64,000 bases of DNA from an uncultured Desulfobacter sp. (lineage in GTDB: Bacteria; Desulfobacterota; Desulfobacteria; Desulfobacterales; Desulfobacteraceae), in contig OY762069.1 of assembly GCA_963665095.1 (NCBI GenBank), forward strand, positions 3,200,001-3,264,000, read 5' to 3'. The notes under the pieces are model-generated. The model saw only the letters and a program-made list of their open reading frames with translations, made no database searches and was not told where the DNA came from. The position numbers and the translations under genes were made by a program. Positions 20,966 to 28,125 of this stretch are shown piece by piece; the stretch's first letter is position 1; each line of letters begins with the position of its first letter.

Positions 20966-22156
20966 TTAACCCTGCCTGGGAATTCGGCACAGGCATGAAT
21001 CCCCGTTGAAACCAAATTGTTCATACCATTTACGCAGCACATTGAAGTCCCTGTTCGAACCGTTGTCGTCAGGGCTGATAGCGGGATTCACACTGAGTCG
21101 GACATTAAAACAGTCGGCTTTCCGGCACAACTCCAGAAGCATCAGTGTACCGTTGCCACTTTTGAGAACAAAGGCCTTCAGATAATGGATGTGCACGGTT
21201 TTATTCGGGGAAACGACTTCATTCAAGGCGATGGCGCCAATGGGTATTCCATAAACATTTTGAAACACAAACGAATGGATCTGTGAATGGTTTTCAGCAG
21301 AATCATGCCCGGCAAGACGGCTTATGTACTTCCCATAAAAATAATCAATGTATTCCTGTTCCCGGGTTACAAATACCGCCTGGTCAGGCCTATCTGAATG
21401 CCCCCCTGAAAACAGATTATTATCAGCGGATTGTCCCTGTGACGATTCAATCTTCAACGAAGTATTTACATTTAAGATATCCTGCCCTGAAAGCCACAAC
21501 GGCAAGGGATTGGTTGTTTTCAGGCAGTTGAAGACCGCCTGTGTCATTTCAAATGGAGTCGTCTCAAGTTTCAGCTGCCTGCCAAAATCAGCAAAAAGCG
21601 ATCTGGAGGATTCAAATACAAGGTTTCTGGCAGATGAGGCTTCAATTTCATCGTCAAATGTTCCGGAATCAAAAATCTTTTTACAAAGAGATGAATCCAT
21701 GCTGTTCCATGCACGGCAGATAAAAGGACGGACCGGATAAATGCTGCACATCCCGTTTTCCAAGAAAATACAGGGCAGTTCATTCTTGATTAAAAAAAGG
21801 CTGCTAAGGGATTTTTCCCGAGTTCGTTGAAGTCGCTGGTCAATTCTGTCCATGAGCAGGAAAATTTGCTTTCCTGTAAAACAGTCACTGAGAAAGGACA
21901 GGATAAACAAGGTTTCAATGGGCAGCACATGTATCTGGGAATGGCAGCAGTAACTGCAACCTGGTCCACATGCCACCCCAGGGCTTTGATTCGAACTTTC
22001 AAGGGCGTCAACAATATCATGGGAATATGCCATGACGTCTTTTAAGACGTTAAGCACCGCGTTATTGATAAAACTGTTGTAAATTTTCTCCCGGAACTGG
22101 TCTGCCAGAATATCTTTGAATGGATTCCGGCATGAATCGCCCATGATTGCTGTCAT
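20966..22156 (-). CDS. YkgJ-family (CxxxCxxCC) cysteine-cluster protein with a C-terminal GNAT-like domain
   Basis: ACGPGCSYCC and CIFLENGMCSIYPVRPFICR motifs; C-terminal SGNGTLML..LCRKAD...LRKWYEQFGF; GGAGAGG RBS. Confidence 0.8.
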   Translation of the reverse strand: MTAIMGDSCRNPFKDILADQFREKIYNSFINNAVLNVLKDVMAYSHDIVDALESSNQSPGVACGPGCSYCCHSQIHVLPIETLFILSFLSDCFTGKQIFLLMDRIDQRLQRTREKSLSSLFLIKNELPCIFLENGMCSIYPVRPFICRAWNSMDSSLCKKIFDSGTFDDEIEASSARNLVFESSRSLFADFGRQLKLETTPFEMTQAVFNCLKTTNPLPLWLSGQDILNVNTSLKIESSQGQSADNNLFSGGHSDRPDQAVFVTREQEYIDYFYGKYISRLAGHDSAENHSQIHSFVFQNVYGIPIGAIALNEVVSPNKTVHIHYLKAFVLKSGNGTLMLLELCRKADCFNVRLSVNPAISPDDNGSNRDFNVLRKWYEQFGFNGDSCLCRIPRQG

Positions 22157-22314
22157 ACACCCTCTCCAATGTAAGACAGAGAGGATTCTGTAGCTAACCA
22201 AAAGGCTATCTGAGCTTACTCAATGATTAATGATAAAACCCGACGGCAGACCATAGAAAATTACACCCTGCGTCAATACATCATTCCATAAGCATATAGA
22301 CCTTCTGGGGGATA

Positions 22315-22408
22315 AAAACAATTACCCGACAACAATATTTCAGTGGGCATTGTGGCTGGCGCCCTTTTCATTGGGCCTGGTATTGCCCTGGGGCTTTTCA
22401 TCGGCATG
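22315..22408 (+). repeat. Right, degenerate copy of the DUF350 3' end
   Basis: Translates KQLPDNNISVGIVAGALFIGPGIALGLFIGM versus KQLSDNNIAVGIVVGSIFIGLGIAVGLVIGM in the left copy. Confidence 0.85.
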
Positions 22409-22446
22409 ATGAGAGACAGCCCCAGGTTTCCCCTTTATCTTCGCGA

Positions 22447-23628
22447 TTACAATTGCCCCACCGCATCTGAAAGCTTTTTGATGGCAATTTCAATGGTGGC
22501 TTCATCAATCATGGTGTAGTTCAGCCGCATGGTCCCGACGCCCTTTGAAGGATCTGTATAGAAAAACCTTCCCGGCACAAAGGCCACACCGTTTTCAACG
22601 GCTTTTTCATACAAAACCAGCTCATCCAGCCCCTTTGGGCCTGTAACCCATAAAAACATGCCCCCCTGGGACGGGGCACAGATAAAATCTTTGGGCATGA
22701 ATTTCTCCAAGGCCGCCTGCATGGCTTTCTGCCTGGGCCGGTATAGATCAATGATCTTTGGCAGGTGGGCCTCAAGATATCCCCCTTCCAGATAAACAGC
22801 TGCCAGGGCCTGGTTAAAGGTGGAGGTGTGAAGATCCACCCCCTGCTTGACCAGCACCAGCCACTGCCGCAAAAATGCCGGTGCCGCGTAAAAGCCGATG
22901 CGAAGCCCCGGGGCAAACACCTTGGAGAGAGTGGAGACATAAATAACATTGTCCGGGGCCAGGGTTTTGATGGCCGGTACCGCCTGGCCCTGGTAACGAA
23001 GGGAAGAGTACGGATCATCCTCCACAAGCAGGGCATTGTACTTTTCAATAATGCCTGCAATCTGCTGCCGCCGCTCTAAAGGCAGGGTCCGGCCCGTGGG
23101 ATTCTGGAACGTGGGAACCAGATAAATCAGTTTGATCTTATGATTCTTCAAGGTCTCTTCCAGGGACTCTGGAATCAGGCCGAAGTCGTCCGTCTCCATG
23201 GATATGTACTCGGGCTCATAAGGGTTAAAAGCGGAGATAGCCCCAAGATAGGTGGGAGACTCCATGGCAACCTTATCCCCTTTGGAGATCAAAAGTTTGC
23301 CCAGGGCATCCAGGGTCCCCTGGGACCCGGAGGTGATATTGACTTCATCAGGTGGGGCTGTAATCCCGCGTTGTCCCAGAAGGCAGCTCACCTGTTCACG
23401 CAAAGGCAAAAACCCTTCGGTAAGATCATACTGGAAAGCTCCAGACTGATACTTTGCCAGCACCTTTTCCACCAGCACCCCAAAAAGGTCCATGGGAAAA
23501 CTTTGCGGGGAGGGAATCCCACCTGCAAGGGAAATGATCCCCGGCTTTGATACCACTTTTAAAATTTCCCGGATGGCATTGGTCTGCATAAGCCGGGTTC
23601 GGTCTGCCAGAAACGACTGATAATCCAT
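22447..23628 (-). CDS. PLP-dependent aminotransferase, class I/II (LysN/MocR-like)
   Basis: ISLAGGIP, ITSGSQ, PTYLGA, PTFQNPTG, EDDPY and SKVFAPGLRIG motifs; start reassigned to MDYQSF at 23628. Confidence 0.93.
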   Translation of the reverse strand: MDYQSFLADRTRLMQTNAIREILKVVSKPGIISLAGGIPSPQSFPMDLFGVLVEKVLAKYQSGAFQYDLTEGFLPLREQVSCLLGQRGITAPPDEVNITSGSQGTLDALGKLLISKGDKVAMESPTYLGAISAFNPYEPEYISMETDDFGLIPESLEETLKNHKIKLIYLVPTFQNPTGRTLPLERRQQIAGIIEKYNALLVEDDPYSSLRYQGQAVPAIKTLAPDNVIYVSTLSKVFAPGLRIGFYAAPAFLRQWLVLVKQGVDLHTSTFNQALAAVYLEGGYLEAHLPKIIDLYRPRQKAMQAALEKFMPKDFICAPSQGGMFLWVTGPKGLDELVLYEKAVENGVAFVPGRFFYTDPSKGVGTMRLNYTMIDEATIEIAIKKLSDAVGQL

Positions 23629-23870
23629 TTTTATTTCCTTTTCATCCTGCAAAGCGGCAAAACCCCAAACGCTGCATGCCACCACCTTTACAAATCTTTG
23701 ACCAAAATAACAGCCCGCCCATTTCTTTAACAGATACAGAATCAAAATATTCCAACCATAACAGATTCGCAGGAAAGGGGTCAGGTATTGAATTATCAGT
23801 TTCTGGGAAGTTAGGGCCAAATCTTGATTAGAAGCTATCTCAAAATAAATATTTTAGTTCAACCCGTTGC

Positions 23871-24068
23871 GGGCCATTCGCCTGCCGTTCGCTGAAATCC
23901 GTTTGCACAAGTTCTAAATTTGCTTCGCTAAACTGCAAAAACTGCGGTCCAGTTGGTCCTCAAACAGTTGTAAGCATAGCTTCTCTTCGAGCGCAGTTCT
24001 TCACGCTACGCGGCATTAAGAACTTGTAGCAAACGAATCCCTGACGCTCTCTTGCAGGCGAATGACCC
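23871..24068. repeat. Long imperfect palindrome (hairpin 1)
   Basis: GGGCCATTCGCCTGC/GCAGGCGAATGACCC outer arms; CGTTTGCACAAGTTCT (23900-23915) pairs with AGAACTTGTAGCAAACG (24019-24035). Confidence 0.75.
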
Positions 24069-24109
24069 TCCACTAGGCTATGATAATAGACCCGTAACTG
24101 ATAAATCGG

Positions 24110-24287
24110 TCCGGCGGTTGGGCAGGCTATTGTGGAGCATTAAGCTTGATTTTTACAGCCTTTTGTGAAGTGCAGTGGTTAAAAGAAAAAGTTGTCTGAC
24201 CGAAGGGAGTTCTTTTTCTTCAACGGAACGGAACTTAAAGGCTGTTAAAATCTTTGCGTGCGGAACAACAGGCTGACCAACGCCGGA
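24110..24287. repeat. Long imperfect palindrome (hairpin 2)
   Basis: Arm pairs TCCGGCGGTTGG/CCAACGCCGGA, GATTTTTACAGCCTTT/AAAGGCTGTTAAAATC and AAGAAAAAG/CTTTTTCTT, with an apical TGTCTGACCGAAGGGAGTT. Confidence 0.75.
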
Positions 24288-24307
24288 GTTGCGGAGGGGA
24301 ATAATAA

Positions 24308-24355
24308 GGGGGGGGGGGGGGGGGGGCAGGTCTTGAATTACAAGACCTGCCCCCC
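24308..24355. repeat. G19 run merging into a perfect 15-bp REP-like palindrome
   Basis: GGGGGGCAGGTCTTG-AATTA-CAAGACCTGCCCCCC at 24321-24355; 19 consecutive G at 24308-24326. Confidence 0.85.
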
Positions 24356-24374
24356 ATTTTTTATGTCCGAAAGG

Positions 24375-24695
24375 TCATATTTTTATTTTATGTCGGTTTC
24401 GCCATAAAACAACGTCTGAATTAGAATTCCTGACAAACAGCGCAAACTCCTCGGGAGATAAGACCTCTTTGTAATCAACCCTTTTTTTCCCGGCACCAGA
24501 CCTTGCATTGCCGCCGGATTCAGGCTCACCATCAATATATTCCACTGCAATACCCCAGAACGAATTTTCCCCTGCGACCACAAACTCCCGCTGGACATGA
24601 ACGACCCGATGTTGCCGCAAAAACAGGTTCAGGCCTTCCTCTCCGGGCTCCGGGTCCATTGTTCCCACTTTGAAAAATTTGTATTGCACTGTCAT
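24375..24695 (-). pseudogene. DGR-associated HRDC-type accessory protein, 3'-truncated
   Basis: QYKFF...LNLFLRQHRVVHVQREFV..GENSFW...VEY...RVDYKEVLSPEEFALF resembles the N-terminal half of DGR-linked HRDC proteins. The sequence diverges (RNSNSDVV...) where the HRDC helices should begin. Confidence 0.75.
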
Positions 24696-24762
24696 ACCGC
24701 GCCACCTTCGCAAACCGAAAAGGAACTGCCTTGCTCCCGCCTTTCTGATAATCCCCACCACC

Positions 24763-24822
24763 GGCCCGTGACGATCATTTCAAGCCTGCTCCGCAACGGC
24801 CGTGAAATGATCGACACGGGCC
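24763..24822 (-). other. Putative DGR target-recognition hairpin/cruciform
   Basis: 20-bp stem with one mismatch (24763-24782 / 24803-24822). On the - strand the loop contains TGC-GGA-GCA. It lies 18 nt downstream of the target gene stop. Confidence 0.7.
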
Positions 24823-24840
24823 TCCCTGCCTTGCCCTGAC

Positions 24841-26922
24841 TCACTTGTGACCTGGGAGGACAAGCCGAAACCCGTAGCCGCAGTACCGCCCAGACGGGTC
24901 GAACCCGCCGCGGTTGCCACAACGCACGCCCCCGGGCCCGTCGTACCAGGAGCCGCCGCGCAACACCCGGCTCGATCCCGAAGTAATAACAGGATTGTTG
25001 CGACTGTGTTTTGAATAGGCGTGTTTATCATATGCATCCCGGCACCACTCCCAAACATTGCCGCTCATGTCATAAAGACCAAGACCGTTGGGTGATTTTG
25101 TCCCTACATGTTGGGTTTTGCCTCCGCTGTTATCTCTATACCAGGCCACACTGCCTGCACTGCTGCCTCCTGAATACTTCTGCCTTTTGCCCCTGCTTCT
25201 GGCTGCATACTCCCACTGGGCTTCCGTGGGCAGGGAAAACCTCTTGCCGGTCTGCTGTGTAAGCTTGTTTATAAACCCCTGGGCATCATGCCAGCTTACT
25301 AGTTCCACCGGCCTGCGGTCCCCATTAAAATACGACGGGCTACTGCCTGTTACCTTGCGGTACTGGGCCTGGGTCACCTCGTATTTACCCATCCAGAAAC
25401 CGCCTACGCACACTTCGTGCACAGGCTTTTCATCATAGTCTCCGTCACCAAAGGTGTCACCCATATCAAAACATCCGCCCGGCACCCACACAAACTCCAT
25501 GCCTGTGACAGGTTCGGTCCAGGTGGCACCGGGTTCAGGATGCCTCGGGGCAGGCGGAGCTACCGAAACAGGAGGTTGCGCGGGTGCTATCACAGCAGTT
25601 TTTTTCAGATGCACGGCAATAGTTTTATCCTCGCCCTGCCCCACCTCCGTCCAGAGGCTTTGGCTGTCATACCCCGAAGCCAGGAGCCGCACATGGTATT
25701 TACCCGGAGCAAGCTCTATTCCCCGGTGATATTTTTCCCGGATGTTCATGATTTTGACGACCGCATCCCCGGGGACGGTATCCACCGTCAGGCTGCCGTT
25801 GACCGGTCTTGCTTCGGCCAGCAGCACATTGACGTCCCTGGACCGGCCGGAACGAAAGGTGTAGGTCCTTTCGTAATTGCCGTAGCCCTGGCTTGTGACG
25901 GTAATCCTGTGATCGCCCGGGGCAATCTCGTAATCCCTTAAGGGTGTCTTTCCCACAAACCGGCCGTCCACCAGGACATCGGCTCCGGCCACGTTGGCCT
26001 CAACCGACAGCCAGGAGCCTTTCTTTGCCGCAGGGGGCGCCGGAATATCCGGTTCCGGACCGGGACCGCCGGCCATGATAAAAACAAATTCACCACCCTG
26101 GTCTCCTGTGCTTTTAATCGGACGACACATGGGGGTCTGGTCTGAATTGTTTGCCACAATACGTGCAAAGCCCGTGTACAGTTCCTGGGTCGAAAGATAG
26201 GGCTTGCTGTTTTTCTTAAGTGCTTTGAGCAGCTGATAGGCAAAGATGCTGTGGCCCCCTGTGCCGCTGTCCGAAACCGGGGTAAAATTGCCCGAGGTCA
26301 TGCCCCACCGGCTCTTTTCATTGAACAGCTCCAGGTAGTATTTATCCGTGATCACCGGAGGTAGCGCCCTTGCCTTGCCGAACAGGGTGCCGGAATAGCA
26401 GGAGTCAGAAATAAGAAGGACATGCCGGGCCTTCATGCCGGCAATCAGCTTTTGGGTCAGTACATTATCCAGATAGGAGAACGAATCCCCCTGCCCGGCA
26501 TCCCACGGGATCCACCACCCACCATCGGTGAGCCGGTCATAATCCCCGTGCCCGGCAAAATAGATCAGCACGGAATCCTCCGGCTTTGCCTTGCTCACAA
26601 GCGTTCGTAAGGCGTCATAGATCCCTTTTTTTGAAGCACTTTGATTGATCAGTATTGTTACCTTGAACCCGTATTTATTCTTCAGCAGAATCTCCATCTC
26701 ATTAACATCGTTCACCGGGGTGTCAAGATCCGGGATACCCGGGTCTTTGTAGTTGTTAATGCCCACAAGCAGGGCGTGGTAAGTCCCGACACGGCCGCCG
26801 CCATGTTTCAGGTCGGAAATTATTTTAACGGCACGGGCATTGTCCTGGGAGGCATATCCGGCCGGAACCGCAACCAGGAGCAATAGACAAATCTGAACAA
26901 GAAGTGTTGCAGTTGTTTTCAT
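24841..26922 (-). CDS. Secreted caspase (peptidase C14)-PEGA-PEGA-FGE/CLec protein; putative DGR target
   Basis: Signal peptide MKTTATLLVQICLLLLVAVPAGYA; caspase dyad YFAGHG/ISDSCYSG; PEGA GADVLVDGRFVGKTP; FGE-sulfatase motifs FWMGKYEVT, LPTEAQWEYAAR, PNGLGLYDMSGNVWEWC and RVLRGGSW...GFRL. Confidence 0.9.
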   Translation of the reverse strand: MKTTATLLVQICLLLLVAVPAGYASQDNARAVKIISDLKHGGGRVGTYHALLVGINNYKDPGIPDLDTPVNDVNEMEILLKNKYGFKVTILINQSASKKGIYDALRTLVSKAKPEDSVLIYFAGHGDYDRLTDGGWWIPWDAGQGDSFSYLDNVLTQKLIAGMKARHVLLISDSCYSGTLFGKARALPPVITDKYYLELFNEKSRWGMTSGNFTPVSDSGTGGHSIFAYQLLKALKKNSKPYLSTQELYTGFARIVANNSDQTPMCRPIKSTGDQGGEFVFIMAGGPGPEPDIPAPPAAKKGSWLSVEANVAGADVLVDGRFVGKTPLRDYEIAPGDHRITVTSQGYGNYERTYTFRSGRSRDVNVLLAEARPVNGSLTVDTVPGDAVVKIMNIREKYHRGIELAPGKYHVRLLASGYDSQSLWTEVGQGEDKTIAVHLKKTAVIAPAQPPVSVAPPAPRHPEPGATWTEPVTGMEFVWVPGGCFDMGDTFGDGDYDEKPVHEVCVGGFWMGKYEVTQAQYRKVTGSSPSYFNGDRRPVELVSWHDAQGFINKLTQQTGKRFSLPTEAQWEYAARSRGKRQKYSGGSSAGSVAWYRDNSGGKTQHVGTKSPNGLGLYDMSGNVWEWCRDAYDKHAYSKHSRNNPVITSGSSRVLRGGSWYDGPGGVRCGNRGGFDPSGRYCGYGFRLVLPGHK
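24850..24972 (-). other. Putative DGR variable region (VR) plus IMH
   Basis: Only 8 A in the 99 nt 24874-24972 (- strand). NNC codons sit at the positions that are normally Asn (AAC) in CLec templates. Confidence 0.7.
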
Positions 26923-27035
26923 TGCTGACAATCCATATCGAAAATTGAACGGGTTATGGTTAACACACAAGACTCTTCTGAAATATATACAGACATATAG
27001 AAATGATGCTCTCTTTTCAACCCTGTTTCTCGAAT

Positions 27036-27141
27036 TCCGGGGACAGGAGTTCCGGGGACAGTATATCCATTAGAGCGAGTTCCGGAGCGAGTTCCGGGGA
27101 CAGTATATCCATTAGTGATTTAATATGTATGCTGTCCCCCC
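27036..27141. repeat. REP-like repeat cluster (GAGTTCCGGGGACAGTATATCCATTAG x2 plus inverted GTATGCTGTCCCC)
   Basis: Direct copies at 27047-27073 and 27089-27115, a partial copy at 27036, and an inverted partner at 27127-27139. Confidence 0.85.
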
Positions 27142-27151
27142 GAATTAAAAA

Positions 27152-27388
27152 TTACAACTCATCGCCTTTTACAGGTTCACGGTCGGTGACTTTATTTAAT
27201 ATTGCTTCCATATCATTAATGTCAGCTCTTTCTGTACGACTTTTTAAATAATCTTCTGTCATAATAGCCGAAATTTTTTCAGCTATAGCAGATGAAATAA
27301 GCTGATTAATTGATACACCTTCAATTTTAGCGATTTCACGTATATGGCGGTGAATTGACTCCGGTAGTCTTAGACTTAATGCGCCCAT
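27152..27388 (-). CDS. Ribbon-helix-helix (HicB-like) antitoxin
   Basis: LSLRLPESIH....A..EGVSINQLI..AIAEK motif; overlaps the PIN gene stop. Confidence 0.85.
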   Translation of the reverse strand: MGALSLRLPESIHRHIREIAKIEGVSINQLISSAIAEKISAIMTEDYLKSRTERADINDMEAILNKVTDREPVKGDEL

Positions 27389-27795
27389 TGTATTTCCTCC
27401 AGTAATTGTTTAGGCTCAGTAACTTTGACTCCAAATTGTTCGCTGCCTTTAAAGTCTTTAATATTGAAAGTGGTAATTAGATTAACATTTGAAGCAACAG
27501 CCAATTCAAGCACATGGTCATCTTTGGGGTTTGACAAAAAAGGGCGCCATAGATAGTGGATTTTATGAAATGAAGCCAATTTGCATATATTATCTAAAAA
27601 TGAATCAATTTCACTGTTCGAAAATCCAAGTTTTTTGCTGTTTCTTTTCAGAACATCTTCATATTCAAATAGTAATGCAACCGATAGCACAGGCTCGACT
27701 TTGTGTTGTGTAATAGCACGCAAAACCTGATGCGATGCCCCATTTTTTGAATAAAGCCCTGCAAATAAAATATTTGTATCAAGAACCGCTTGAAT
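27376..27795 (-). CDS. PIN-domain toxin
   Basis: The frame extends upstream of the called ORF to IQAVLDTNILFAGL..NGAS; also EYEDVL, DDHVLELA and TFNIKDF. No ATG/GTG/TTG precedes DTN. Confidence 0.85.
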   Translation of the reverse strand: MQAVLDTNILFAGLYSKNGASHQVLRAITQHKVEPVLSVALLFEYEDVLKRNSKKLGFSNSEIDSFLDNICKLASFHKIHYLWRPFLSNPKDDHVLELAVASNVNLITTFNIKDFKGSEQFGVKVTEPKQLLEEIQWAH

Positions 27796-27830
27796 TTTGA
27801 CACCCCCATTTTATTGGAATCAAATATATA

Positions 27831-27861
27831 ATACCATATACGGTATCGTTTATTGTGTCAA
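27831..27861 (-). promoter_or_regulatory. Sigma70 promoter and operator of the PIN/HicB-like TA operon
   Basis: TTGACA (27861-27856), 17-nt spacer, TATGGT (27838-27833); overlaps the near-palindrome ATACCATATACGGTAT (27831-27846). Confidence 0.65.
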
Positions 27862-27928
27862 GCTGTACTTCTTTTTGCGAACGGGTAACTCAGCCGACCG
27901 GGGCATATAGCCGAGCAGGTTGTCGGTC

Positions 27929-27962
27929 GTTCCGGGGACCAGTATACCCATTAGTGATTTAA
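27929..27962. repeat. Third REP-like copy GTTCCGGGGACCAGTATACCCATTAGTGATTTAA
   Basis: Differs from 27091-27123 by one insertion and one substitution. Confidence 0.85.
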
Positions 27963-28125
27963 GTTGACCTTACCTTGTCTTGAATGATAGGGACAGTTTT
28001 ATTACTTTTACTTGTGACCTCAAGGCCTTTTTATCCATGCGTCGCGCGAAAATATGTTTAAAATTTTCATATTTTGCCGTATATTATCTGTAGTGCAGAT
28101 GTCAATACAATATTAGGAAGATATC

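Noticed and set aside
23829..23847. TAGAAGCTATCTCAAAA as an IS/MITE terminal repeat
   Set aside because: No matching inverted partner was found nearby.
23820..24440. Template repeat (TR) or reverse transcriptase for the putative DGR
   Set aside because: I saw no AAC-rich copy of the VR on either strand here or elsewhere in the window, and no ORF with RT motifs, so a complete DGR is not called.
27036..27141. CRISPR array
   Set aside because: The repeats are stuttered and partly inverted, with ~15-nt self-similar spacers. There is no regular repeat-spacer period and no cas genes.
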